Source: Dictyostelium discoideum
Taxonomy: Eukaryota
Length of the DNA: 64,000 bases
Direction of reading: 5' to 3'
NCBI GenBank assembly: GCA_000004695.1
Contig: CM000151.3
Location: 576,001 to 640,000 of the forward strand
The notes beneath the pieces are model-generated. The model worked only from the letters and a program-made list of their open reading frames with translations. It did not search any database and had not been told where the DNA came from. A program made the position numbers and the translations under genes. Positions 1 to 11,732 of this stretch are shown piece by piece. Every line of letters starts with the position of its first letter. The first letter of the stretch is position 1.

Positions 1-1
1 A

Positions 2-1231
2 ATTTTAAGTAAAGAGCATGGTTTGGGTGACTGGATTCTACCAATTACAATGGGCTTTGTGGAGTCAAAGACATTGGGTGGTACTTGCCAATTCACTTTA
101 ATTTCACGTAGAAATTTAAATCGTTCTGGTACACGTTATAATGTACGTGGTATTGATAAGAAGGGTAATGTCGCTAATAATGTAGAGACTGAGCAGATTA
201 TTGAGATCAAGGAGAACACTTTCACATCATTCGTGCAAGTTAGAGGCTCGATCCCATTGCTATGGTCACAATTCCCAACTTTGAAATACAAACCATCGGT
301 TAAATTCTACGGTGATGAGAAGGAGAACTCCCAAGCATTGGAGCAACACTTTAAACAACTTCACCAACTCTATGGCTCCACCACCGTGGTCAACCTTATC
401 GATCGTAAAGGTGCCGAATTAAAATTAGGTGAGGCCTATGAAGAACGTGTTAAATCTTTGAAAGATGTTCATTATGTTTGGTTTGATTTCCATTCAATTT
501 GTAAAGGTATGCGTTATGACAAGTTGTCCATACTCATGGACCAGTTAAAGGACGATTTGAAGCAGTATGGCTTCTTTTTCGTTGAGGATGGTAAAATCGT
601 TCAAAAACAACAAGGTGTTTTCCGTACGAATTGTATCGATAATTTAGACAGAACCAATGTAGTGCAATCTTTAATCACTCGTCACTCCTTGGAGAACCAA
701 ATGGCAAGTGTATTGAATAAACAAATCCCATCAACCACTTTCAAAGGCGACCAGTTTGAGTATGTATTTAAGAATATCTGGGCCGACCATGGTGATGCTA
801 TCTCCACTCAATACTCTGGCACTGGCGCATTAAAGAATGATTTCACTCGTACTGGTAAAAGAAATTTCCAAGGTGTACTTAGAGATGGTGAAAATTCAGT
901 TAAAAGATATTATTTAAATAACTTTAAAGATGGTTTCCGTCAAGATAGTTACTTTTTATTCACAAATCCATCAGTTGATTTAACCACTGCTAAACAACAT
1001 GAATCAAAACCACCCTCACCTCTAATTTGGATCTTTTCATTTGTATTTGCTGCTATCTTTTTAGCAAATTTATATCTCCCTTCTGCTACTTCATCAATTG
1101 GTGGTTTCATTTCTCAAACTACCGTTTTAGTTGGTTCAGTTTTCTTTGCTCTTAAATTAGCTATGAAATATCAAGCTTCAATAGTTGATAAACCAACTTT
1201 ATTTAAATTAGATTCAATTTATAAAAACTAA
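2..1231 (+). CDS. sac1: Phosphoinositide phosphatase Sac1, C-terminal approx. 410 aa. The frame is open to the window edge, so the 5' part of the gene lies upstream.
   Basis: SAC catalytic motif CX5R(T/S) is present as CIDNLDRTN. Also ISRRNLNRSGTRYNVRGID and two C-terminal hydrophobic TM helices. There is no in-frame stop back to nt 2. Confidence 0.8.
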   Translation: MLSKEHGLGDWILPITMGFVESKTLGGTCQFTLISRRNLNRSGTRYNVRGIDKKGNVANNVETEQIIEIKENTFTSFVQVRGSIPLLWSQFPTLKYKPSVKFYGDEKENSQALEQHFKQLHQLYGSTTVVNLIDRKGAELKLGEAYEERVKSLKDVHYVWFDFHSICKGMRYDKLSILMDQLKDDLKQYGFFFVEDGKIVQKQQGVFRTNCIDNLDRTNVVQSLITRHSLENQMASVLNKQIPSTTFKGDQFEYVFKNIWADHGDAISTQYSGTGALKNDFTRTGKRNFQGVLRDGENSVKRYYLNNFKDGFRQDSYFLFTNPSVDLTTAKQHESKPPSPLIWIFSFVFAAIFLANLYLPSATSSIGGFISQTTVLVGSVFFALKLAMKYQASIVDKPTLFKLDSIYKN

Positions 1232-1235
1232 ATAT

Positions 1236-1326
1236 AAAAATAAATAATAAATAAATAAATAAATAAATAATTGATTTGTGTGTGTGTGTGTAATTAAATG
1301 TTTTTATTTATTTATTTATTTATTAA
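1236..1326. repeat. Quasi-palindromic simple-repeat block (AAAT)n-(GT)8-(ATTT)n between the convergent 3' ends of sac1 and the hydrolase gene.
   Basis: Read directly from the sequence at 1236-1326. Confidence 0.85.
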
Positions 1327-1331
1327 TTTTT

Positions 1332-1687
1332 TTATAAATTTGAAGAATTTAAAAAATTTAAAGAAATTGAAGCAACATTTTCTAAAGCATTCTCTTCAGG
1401 GAATAAATGAGTTGCATTTAAAATTACAGCTAATTTCTTTTCTAATTTATTATTATTAATTTTATTTAAAAATATTTTATTGTGTTCCAATGTTTCTTTA
1501 TCATCACCACCACAAAGCAATAAAATTCTTGTACTAATTGATTTAATTGAATTTTCATTACATAATGATAATCTACCACTTCTTGATATAATTGAATTAA
1601 TTTTAATACCTAATGATAATACTTTTTTTTCACATTCTATTATACCAGCACTACCTGTTGAACTACCAAAATAAATTAAATCTAAAT
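1332..1687 (-). CDS. Alpha/beta-hydrolase, exon 2 (C-terminal part with FGSSTGSAG and LLLCGGDD motifs).
   Basis: The minus-strand reading frame is open from the AG acceptor at about 1688 to the stop at 1332. The ORF track shows only the Met-initiated tail (1332..1520). Confidence 0.5.
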
Positions 1688-1786
1688 CTATTATTAATTT
1701 AAAAAATATATAAATATGTTAATAATACAAATAAATAAATAAATTAAAAAATTAATAAATTTATAAAATAATTAAAAATATAATAC

Positions 1787-2317
1787 GTTTTAATTTTTGA
1801 TTTAAAATTATGAATTGAGTTGCATTTAAAATTCTATTTGAAATGAAATTTAAATTATATTTAAATTCACCAGTAATGTTATTTAATCTTTCTTCTTGTG
1901 GTGTTAATATATCAAATAGTAATGTTGAGTAACCCATATTTTGAAAATATTTTGATAGATAAAGATTACGTGGTGAAAATCTACTACTTCCAATACCATG
2001 AACAAATATAATTATACCTTTTGATTTTTCATTAAAATTAACAATACCTTCTAAATAAATATCTTCTGATTTAATAGTTACATATTCTTTTATAAATTGT
2101 AATTCACAATTATTATTATTTAAATTATTTAAACTATTATTATTATTATTATTTAAATTAATTCCATCACCCTTATTAATATATGAAAAGCAGTTTTTTT
2201 CAGTATCATAAAAGGTATTACTATTATTTATAGGTGGTGCACATCCTGTTTCATTACCAGAGCTACTTCCTACTCCTCCTCCACTACTACAATAACTACT
2301 AATATTATTATTGTTAA

Positions 2318-2385
<68 letters not shown>

Positions 2386-2489
2386 GTACTGCTTCCACAT
2401 AATATATCGTTTATATTATTTATAATTTCATTTGAAATAAAATTATTATTATTGTAATTTGAATCCATTTTTAACTTTTTTTTGATCAT
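1787..2489 (-). CDS. Alpha/beta-hydrolase (dienelactone-hydrolase-like), exon 1. An N-terminal poly-N tract precedes the hydrolase core.
   Basis: Minus-strand ORF MIKKKLKMDS...GIIIFVHGIGSSRFSPRN. GTATTA donor is at 1786. It is phase-compatible with exon 2 and gives ...NQKLK-H-LDLIYFGSSTGSAG. Confidence 0.55.
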
Positions 2490-2705
2490 ATGTGGTAATT
2501 GTGAAAAAATACACTTTTATTTTTTTTTTATTTTTTTTTTTTTTTATATATATTTGTTAATATTTGTATTGGTATTTTAAAATTATTAAATAATATAATT
2601 ACTATGTTTTTTTTTTTTTTTTTTTTTTTTACCTTTATACTGCTTTTTAAATTTTTTGTATTTTATTTATCTTTTAATTTATTTTTTTGTATTTTATATA
2701 TCTTT

Positions 2706-2740
<35 letters not shown>

Positions 2741-2992
2741 TAAAAACTTTTTATTTTGGATGGTAGTACTATAATAATTAAACTACAATAAATCCATATT
2801 TGAAAATTGAATCTTTAAAATTAGATTTATTAAATTTGGTTTTTACAACTTGCTACTTTTTTTTTTTTTTTTTTTTTTAAATTATTTTATATTTATTTTA
2901 TTTCACTTTTATTTTTTTAATTTTATTTTATTGTTAAATAATTACTTTAAAAAAAAAAAAAACCACCACCACCAATGTATACATTATAATTT

Positions 2993-3034
<42 letters not shown>

Positions 3035-3170
3035 AAAGGGGTGTTTTTACGTCATTTTTCTATAAATGGTGTTTTATATAAGTTATAGTGTGTATTAACA
3101 TAAAGTATATGAATTTATAAAATTGATTTAGAAAATTTAAATGAGAAAAATATTTAATGATATATGGTAT

Positions 3171-3219
<49 letters not shown>

Positions 3220-3562
3220 AATTAAGTTATTTTTATTTTCTTTGAGTTAAAAAAAAACTAAAGATTAAAAATATAGTTATCTAAATTATTTTTTATAATA
3301 ATATCAATTAATATATTTGAGAGAATTAATTTTTAAAATAAAAAAAAAAAAAAAAAAAAAATTAAAAAAACCATTTTCTTTTAATTAATATTTCTGATTT
3401 TTTTATTATGGAGATAATCATAAAATTAAAAATTAGGTTTATAAAATTAATTAAATCATTGATCAACTATTTTTAAACTACACAAGATTCAAGTAACCAC
3501 AAATAATATTATTACCTTTGAAAAGAAATATAAAAGCAATTGAATTCATAAATTATATTTTG

Positions 3563-3593
<31 letters not shown>

Positions 3594-3650
3594 CCTTTGA
3601 AATTTAAAAGTCAAGGCAACTGAAAATTTCTTGTAGGTAGGTTTCTGATT

Positions 3651-3683
<33 letters not shown>

Positions 3684-3871
3684 GTGAAATAAAATATAAA
3701 ATTTTTTTTTTTTTTTAACTTTATCTGATTCTGTCTTTCAAAAAAAAAAAATTGAAAAAAAAAAAAAAATTGACAAAAAAAAAAATTATGAAAAATAAAA
3801 ATAAAAAAATCCCATAATTTGAATTAATCATATAAAAATATTTAAATGTTGTTTGTTGAATTATAAAAATC

Positions 3872-4025
3872 ATTCCAAATTCAACGATGTTTAGAGTCAC
3901 TTGGATCTTGTGTCTCAGATAAGATAAAAGTGCTAAATCGATTGATATACCGAAAGTAACAGAAGATTATCTGTCAGTTTGTTATATAATGACATTATTG
4001 CTAGTAGGTCTTCTGATATCACCCT
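3872..4025 (+). ncRNA. Candidate small ncRNA gene. A GC-richer island of about 150 nt follows a DUSE-like motif.
   Basis: TCCCATAA at 3810-3817 lies about 60-70 nt upstream of a roughly 50% GC island (3885-4025) in otherwise more than 85% AT intergenic DNA. CUGA is near the 3' end (4013-4016) and there is a degenerate C-box-like CGATGT. The island ends in a T-rich run. Confidence 0.3.
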
Positions 4026-4128
4026 TTATTTTAAATAAAAAAAACATATAATTTTTAAATTTAATTTTTTAAAAATAAAAAATATTCTTAACAATACATT
4101 TTATTTTAAAAAAAATGGTATTAATTTG

Positions 4129-4195
4129 TAATATAAAAGATGAATTTGATTTGTTTATTAGATTAATAATTAAATCAAATTCATCTTTTATATTA
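4129..4195. repeat. Perfect 24-bp inverted repeat with a 19-nt loop (hairpin or cruciform).
   Basis: TAATATAAAAGATGAATTTGATTT (4129-4152) is the exact reverse complement of 4172-4195. Confidence 0.9.
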
Positions 4196-4365
4196 TAAAT
4201 TAGTACTATTTTTTTTTTAAAAAAAAAAGTACAAGTTACAATATTCGATCAAAAAATTACAACATTAAATAAAATACAAGAATTATATTTTTTTAAAAGA
4301 ATTATAATTGTATGTTTTTTCTTTTAAAATTTTATTTTATTTTATTTTATTTTATTTTATTACGA

Positions 4366-4405
<40 letters not shown>

Positions 4406-4600
4406 TTAATTGATTGATGAGTTAGGGAATTCACATTCTTCGTTTTTTTAAAATAAAAATAAAAATAAAAAAAAAAATAAAAAAAATTTTATTCGTTTTT
4501 TTTTTTTTTTTTTTTTTATATAAATTAAAATTTTTTTTATTTTTCATTTATTTTTAAAAAAAAAACTTGTAAAAATAACATTATTTCTAGTATAATAATA

Positions 4601-5235
4601 ATGGAAAATGAAACATCAATTGTAAAAGAAGAAGAAACTACTGTTGTGCCAACACCAACAAATGATATTGAAAAAACAGATTCAGTAACAACTGCAACTA
4701 CAACTACTGCAACTACTACTGAAACATCAGCAACTACAACATCAACACCAAATACACAACCAATAGATAATGTAAATACAAATACAAATTCTTCATCTTC
4801 TTCTTCATTCCCACATAAAGTTGATAGAACTGAAGAAAGTTTAGGTATTAAATTATTTTTAGGTAAATCAGGATCATGGAGTGGACTTTTAAAACAAAGA
4901 TTTTCAGATTTTATTGTTAATGAAATTGATGAACAAGGAAATGTAATTCATTTAAAAAATGTGGATTATAAAGCAGATGAACAACAACAATCAACTGAAT
5001 CAACTGAATCAACAACAACCAAAGAAGAAGATTTACAAAAATTAGTTGGTGAAGAGAAAACTAAAGAATTTACACAATTCTTTGATGGTCCAAATAAAAC
5101 TGATCCAAAAGCATTCTTTTTATTTGATGTAAATGAAAATAAAGAACAAAGAACTGAATTACATAAAGTTATAAAATTAAGATATAATTTAGTTTCTGAA
5201 ACTGATAATGGTAAAGTTAAAGTTTGGGCTGAGGC
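4601..5235 (+). CDS. pus7: tRNA/mRNA pseudouridine synthase Pus7 (TruD family), exon 1.
   Basis: GTATGT donor at 5236. The N-terminal S/T-rich tract is followed by a conserved region LFLGKSGSWSGLLKQRFSDFIVNEID. Confidence 0.7.
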
Positions 5236-5320
5236 GTATGTATTTTAAAATAATAATAATAAATAATAAATAATAAATAATAATAAATAATAATAAATAA
5301 TTAAAATATATTTTATTTAG

Positions 5321-6875
5321 TAATCCAAAAAAGAAATCAATTAATGATAGACAACAATGGCCAATTGGTAAACCAAAATATGTTGAATTTAAATTATGTA
5401 AAGAGAATAGAGATACGATGGATACATTGAGTATGATGTCAAGAATATTAAGAAATAGTGAAAAGAATTTCTCATTTGCAGGTACAAAAGATAAGAGAGG
5501 TATAACTACACAAAGGGTTACCGTTTGGAAAGTTACACCAGAGAAATTGGTTGAATTGAATAATAGGATCTCAACACTTTCACCACCAGTTCGTATTGGT
5601 GAGTATAGATTCGTAGAGAATCATTTAAGGTTGGGTGATTTATCAGGTAACAGATTCTCTATTGTAATTAGAGAGATTCAAGGCGCCGATGACCAATTGA
5701 TAACAGAATCCATTGAAACTTTCAAGAAAACTGGATTCATTAATTATTTTGGTATGCAAAGATTTGGTACTGGTGCAATTCCAACCTATGAGATTGGCAT
5801 TGCAATGATTCAAGGTAATTGGGAGAAAGCTGCAAAGTTAATACTAGATCCACGTGATGGTGAACGTGATGACGCAACCAAAGCCAGACTCTATTATAAA
5901 GAAACTGGCGATATTAAAAAAACACTCACAATGTTGCCACGTGGTTTAAACGCAGAGAGAAAGCTATTACTCGGTTTAAAGAATGGTCAGTCCTCTTATC
6001 AAGATGCTTTCTACAGTATACCACGTACACTTCGTATGCTCTATACTCATAGTTATCAATCTTTAATTTGGAATTTAATGGCAACAAAAAGAATTGAATT
6101 ATTTGGTTTTAATAAACCAATCGTTGGTGATTTAGTTATAATTTCTGAAGAATCAATTGATAATAAAAAAAATGAAGAAGAATCAAAAGATAATAACAAT
6201 AATAGTAATGATGGTGAAGAAGAAATTGGTGGTGATGAAACTGAAATTGAAGAGAAAAAAGTTATAAAAGTTGATTATGTTACAGAAGATGATGTAAAGA
6301 ATGATCGTTATACAATTCAACAAGTTGTTTTACCATTAATTGGTGGTAGTACAATTTTACCAAAGAATATTATTGGTGAATTGTATGTTGAAGAATTAGC
6401 AAAGAGTAATATTCAACCATCACAATTTATTAGTAAAAATCGTGCAATCGATCTTAGAGGTGGTTATCGTAAATTATTGGAAACTGCCAAAGATACCACC
6501 TATAAGATTTTCAATTACGATGATTTCACAATTCCATTAGCATTATCTGATATTGAAATTCTTAAAGGCTCTCAAGAACCAGTCGATGTTCCTAATGGTA
6601 AACATAAAGCAGTTAGAGTTTGTTTCAATTTACCAAGTTCAACTTATGCAACAATGGCATATCGTGAAATTTTAAAATCATCAAGTGATATGACTTCTCA
6701 AATGAATATGATCAATAAGAATGTTAATTCAAATAATAAAAGAACTTTAGTAGATATTAATAATAATAATAATAATAATGATAAAAATGATGCAATATCA
6801 TCTGAAACTAAAGAAAAGGTTAATTCTGGTCAAATTGAAGAACAACCATTAAAAAAACAAAATACAAATCAATAA
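5321..6875 (+). CDS. pus7: Pus7 (TruD family), exon 2 with the catalytic domain.
   Basis: AG acceptor at 5319-5320, phase 2. TruD motifs are present: FKLCKENRDTMDTLS, FAGTKDKRGITTQ, GMQRFGTGAIPTYEIG. It is in frame with ORF 5418..6875. Confidence 0.75.
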
Positions 6876-7195
6876 AAAACAAAAAAATAAAATAAAAAAT
6901 TAAAAAGATTATCATGTTTTGTGTGGTTAAATAATCGATTTGTTTTTGAACAGGCACACCCATGGAATTTTTTTGGATATTTTTTTTTGAAAAAAAAAAA
7001 AAAAAAATAATTCATTTAAAAAAAAAAATCAAAAAAAAAAAAAAATATCTTGTGAATAATTTGTTGTGGTAATCATTTTTTTTTTTTTTTAAAACGGCCA
7101 TATTTTTTTCTTCTTTAAAATACCCATGTCATATTAAAAAAATAAAATAAACTTAATACATATATATATTTATAAAAAAACTAAAAATAAAAAAA

Positions 7196-7404
7196 ATGAT
7201 TAAAATATTTTTTTTTTTCATTTCAATTTTATTTTTAATAATAAATTTCAATTTTTCAAATGGAATCGTACCACCAATTGATGAATTTAATGCATTACAA
7301 AATCTAATTTTAAAGTTTAACCTCACAACGTTGGAAAATAAACCAATTACTGAAATTTGTAGTAATGATGTATCATGTAATCAAACAACTGGGTCATTTA
7401 TTAT
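7196..7404 (+). CDS. Paralog A of a tandem surface-protein family, exon 1 (signal peptide plus PPIDEFNALQNLILKFN).
   Basis: Met followed by a hydrophobic signal peptide. GTAAGT donor at 7405. It is homologous to exon 1 of paralogs B and C. Confidence 0.6.
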
Positions 7405-7476
7405 GTAAGTTTTTAAGATTTTTTATTTTATTTATTTTATTTATTTTATTTTATTTTTTTTAAATTGTGTATTAAT

Positions 7477-7521
<45 letters not shown>

Positions 7522-7522
<1 letters not shown>

Positions 7523-7740
7523 ATGGTAATAATTGGAAATAAAGAATATACACCAATTGGAGCAGAACTTATCCCATCGGATATACTTGGTTTTCCAAAT
7601 GTTTATAGATATGATTTTAGAGATTTACCAATAAGTTTTGAGTTTTTTTATTATAAAATTCAAAATGTGGTAACAATTACTTATAGAAACTTTACAGGTA
7701 TAAATGAAATAAATCAAACTTTACCAGGTTATAGAGAGAT
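7522..7740 (+). CDS. Paralog A, exon 2. It corresponds to exons 2 and 3 of paralogs B and C fused into one exon.
   Basis: AG acceptor at 7520-7521 and GTGAGT donor at 7741. It encodes EYTPIGAEL...TLPGYREM, matching EYTPIGAKI... / ...TLPDYASM of paralog C. Confidence 0.55.
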
Positions 7741-7834
7741 GTGAGTTTTTTTTTTTTTTTTTTTTTTGTGTTTTATATATTTATTTTTTGAAAAAACTAA
7801 CAGAAATTAATTGTTTTTTTATTAAAAAAAAAAG

Positions 7835-10607
7835 GTTTATAAGTTGTGATTGTCTTGATGGTTCAAATTTTAAAATGTCATATATTAATAAAAATACATC
7901 ACTTTTTCAACTTGATAAATCATATTTAAATTTAATTAATGATTCTCCAAATTTAAATAAATTATATTCATTAACATTAGGATTAAACAATCTTCCAAAT
8001 ATGTCAAATTATTATTTTAATAGTATGATTTTTTATTTTGGACCAAATTTCGATGTTAATTCATTTGGTTTAAATTATAAAACTATAAGGTCAGAGGTTA
8101 AAGAATTTAAATCATCAGATCCGGAAATGTATTTTCCCATTGAAGCTTTAGCAGATCAGGAAGTTTCATTGGTTGGAGGTTATACAATACGTTTTGATTT
8201 AAAATTTAGTCGTCCACAAGATAATAAGCTATTGAACATTTCAAATCAAAATATTCGTTTTATTACTTTTTCCAACCCTGGGAAATTTTTTAATATTGAA
8301 AGTAATTCATTACTTCAATTCCCTCTAATTCTAAACTATAATTGTAAACTTGTTGTTGAATATGGAACGATTTCTCAAACTGAACCAATTTCACAATTTG
8401 GTAATCCAAAGATTATTTCAATGAAACATTCAATTATTTCAGGTGATTTAGGTAAATATCAATTATCAAATCCTAATCAAGAAAGAATCTATGATTTTTC
8501 AGGTAATTCTATAACTGGAACAATTGATCAATCATGGTGTCATGCTATTTTACAAATTAGAGATAATAATATGACTGGTCCAATTCCATCATGTTTTTCT
8601 TGTTATTTTAATTCTCCATTAATTGATTCATCACTTGGTTCATACATTACTTTTTATGGAGCTTTCGAGGGAAACAACTTTACAAATTTATATCCCAATT
8701 TACCTTGTACAACATTTAAACCTCAAATTGAAAGACAATCTAACACAGCTTTAATTATTTACGGTAATGATATTGGTTTCAATGGAGTCTTGTATAAAAT
8801 AAATGGAACTATTAGTTGTAAAACCTATGAACCAATTGAATATGGTAAAAAATTTCTATTTACTACCAATAATAGCATTTCATTTGCCCATGTAAATTAT
8901 TTATCAATTAATTTTTTTTATCCATTTGATAAGGATTATTATTTCCCATTAATTTTTAGATCACCAATTATTGACTCTGTTTATTTTTCAAATGGTAAAA
9001 GTTTACAAGTTGATGGGTCTTACTTTTCAAGTTATTTGGGTCATGTCACACAAACAATCACTATATCAAATTATACATTTGAAATTTTTGATTCAAGTGA
9101 TTTCTTTTCAATTCAAGCAAATTCAACAAAATTAATTCCAGCTTCTTTAACAAATAAATTCGAATTATTAACTTTAACTACAAATTCAAACATTAAAAGA
9201 GTTTATGTAGATTTGGGTTCAAGAAATGATAAATTATGTAAAAATGATTGTATTGATAATGATCATGGTATTTGTAATTTAAATTTAGGTGTTTGTATAT
9301 GTTTAGATGATTTTATTGGTGATGATTGTTCACTTCCAAACTTTTTCATTACATCAGTTCAACCATCAACAACAAATGGTGGTGAAGCTATTTTCTTTGG
9401 TTCATTTTTAGAATTAACAAATAATATTTCATTAACAATTGGCGGAATAGATTGTCAAATTACATTAAATTCAATAGATACAATTAAATGTATAGCACAA
9501 CCTGGTAATGGTATTAAAACTATAATTTTAAAACAAAATGATAAAATATTCACTGGTGTTGGTATTTATAAATATATTGAATTATCAATACCATGTCCAA
9601 ATAAATGTTCAAATAATGGTATTTGTAATTCAACAACTGGAATTTGTAAATGTAAAAATGGATATACTTTATATGATTGTAGCGCATTAATTAATTTAGA
9701 TAATGGTTTAGGCAATAGTAATAATAATACAGGCGGTGGTGGTACAAATACAACAATTGACCCAGGTACAGGTTCAACAAATATTACAGATTCTCAAACT
9801 AATTTCCAAATTTATTTAAAATCATTAATTGAAGTAGATATTAATAATAATGAAGTTAAATCTTATTCATTATTAAAGAATTGGATATTTAATAAAACTG
9901 AAAATGAAATTGAACCAAATAAATATATATTAAAACAACAATTAGTAAATAATACTACTCCAAATTCAAATGGATGTATAATTACATCAACAATTGAAGA
10001 AATTAAAGATAAAAATGGTAAAGAATTTACATTTGCGGGTACATCATTCGTTGTTTCAAGTGGTTCAATTAAATTTACAATTTCAATTGCAAATTATACA
10101 TATCAAAGTAATTTAAATACTTTAAAATTAGAATTAATATCATCAGTTGATAAAATCGATAAAATTAATAATTGTAATTCAAAAGACACAGAAATCGATA
10201 CAACCAATGTAAATGATATATCAACATTTAATTATATCAAAATTTCAAAAAATAATAAAATTTTCTCTGCTAGATTCATTAATAAAGTATTGTCCGATGG
10301 TAGATCAACATTTTTTACAACAAGCGCAAGAAATGATTCAAATTCAATTATTGTATCATTAAATTTACCTCATTGTATTAATGAATGTTTAATTGATCCA
10401 GATTTTTCAGTTTTACTTACAAATGATTTCAAATCTGAATGTGGTGATGATGATTCATCTCGAAAATGGTTTTTACCTGTTGTAGTAGTTGTACCAGTTG
10501 TAGGTGTTGCTTTTATGATAATCATAATGTTTTTGATTTACAAAAGAAGTACAACACTAAAAATTATGTTACATGCTACAAAATTAAAAAAATTTAATCA
10601 CAAATAA
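7835..10607 (+). CDS. Paralog A, large exon 3. Type-I membrane protein with LRR-like repeats, an IPT/TIG domain, an EGF-like module, one TM helix and a short cytoplasmic tail. It is tgr-like.
   Basis: LRR-like repeats include YDFSGNSITGTIDQSWC and NNMTGPIPSCF. IPT/TIG is ITSVQPSTTNGGEAIFFG...CIAQPGNGIKT. EGF-like module is CPNKCSNNGICNSTTGICKCKNGYTLYDCS. TM is FLPVVVVVPVVGVAFMIIIMFLIY, followed by a KR-rich tail. Confidence 0.65.
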
Positions 10608-10726
10608 AATAAAAAAAATAATATTAATAAAAAAATCTTGGGCATTTATAATATTTTTATAAAATTAGTTGGTGTTGAAAACAATATAAATAATTATAAG
10701 TATCTTAATTATTATAATAATTGAAG

Positions 10727-10749
10727 TTAAAAACCACGTGGTTGTTTAA
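10727..10749. promoter_or_regulatory. Palindromic element TTAAAAACCACGTGGTTGTTTAA (CACGTG core), about 250 bp upstream of paralog B.
   Basis: 12-bp perfect palindrome AACCACGTGGTT (10732-10743) in AT-rich intergenic DNA. Confidence 0.35.
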
Positions 10750-10997
10750 TTTTTTATTTTTGTTGGGTTTTTTTTTTTTTTTAAAAATAAAAAATATCCA
10801 AAAAAAAATAATTTTGGAAACAAAAGAAAAAAAAAAAATTAAAAAATAATCAGAAAAGATATTTTATTTTTTTTAATTTTTTTTTTTTTTTTTTTTGATG
10901 CCAACATAGTTTTTGGGTTTACACCAAAAAAAAAAAAATTACCATTTTTTTTTTTATTTTTTTTTTTTGCGATAAACGAAACGATAGAATCAAAAAA

Positions 10998-11200
10998 ATG
11001 AATTCAATTTTTTTAATTTTTTTTTTAATTTCTATCAATTTTGGAATTTTCTCAACACTATCACCACCACAAAATGAATTAAATGCATTATATAGCCTAA
11101 TAAACAAATTTAACATTAAAATGTTTGGTGATAATCCATCACCAGAATATTTTTGTGTTGTTTATTATTGTTCCCCAATAACAGGTTCAATAATTGGACC
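10998..11200 (+). CDS. Paralog B, exon 1 (signal peptide plus PPQNELNALYSLINKFN).
   Basis: GTAGGT donor at 11201. Homologous to exon 1 of paralogs A and C. Confidence 0.55.
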
Positions 11201-11287
11201 GTAGGTCTCTCTATTTTTTTTTTTTTTTTTTTTTTTTTATTATTTCTGGTTATTAAAATTTTTTTTTTTTTTTTTTTTTTTAAATAG

Positions 11288-11374
11288 GTTTAAATTAATT
11301 GGGGATCCAAGTAATCAATCTAATGAAGTGATGACTCACTCTGATTTAAAGAACTTTACAAATATATCTTCAAT
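11288..11374 (+). CDS. Paralog B, exon 2.
   Basis: AG acceptor at 11286-11287 and GTATGT donor at 11375. It encodes ...SDLKNFTNISSM, matching ...SDLKQFTSVSSM of paralog C. Confidence 0.45.
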
Positions 11375-11418
11375 GTATGTAAAAATAAATTAAAAAAGTT
11401 AGGGCCAATAAACTGATT

Positions 11419-11475
<57 letters not shown>

Positions 11476-11478
11476 AAG

Positions 11479-11607
11479 GGAATTAGTTTATTTTAAAATT
11501 GATGAAGAATTATTATATATTAAATTAAATAATGTTGAAAAGGTTGGTTTTATTTTTGTAAATGGGGTAAAAGAAATAAATAGAACCTTGGCAGATTATA
11601 AAGAGAT
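11479..11607 (+). CDS. Paralog B, exon 3.
   Basis: GTAAGT donor at 11608. It encodes ...INRTLADYKEM, matching ...INKTLPDYASM of paralog C. The acceptor choice is uncertain; 11479 or 11487 are both possible. Confidence 0.4.
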
Positions 11608-11676
11608 GTAAGTAAAATTTATTTATTTATTTATTTATTTATTTTTTTATTTTTCAAATCCTAATACTTTTATTTT

Positions 11677-11720
<44 letters not shown>

Positions 11721-11732
11721 TAATAATATTAG

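Noticed and set aside
1480-1674. Plus-strand 64-aa ORF in the sac1/hydrolase intergenic region.
   Set aside because: It is antisense to exon 2 of the alpha/beta-hydrolase. That exon has a long open frame with recognisable motifs.
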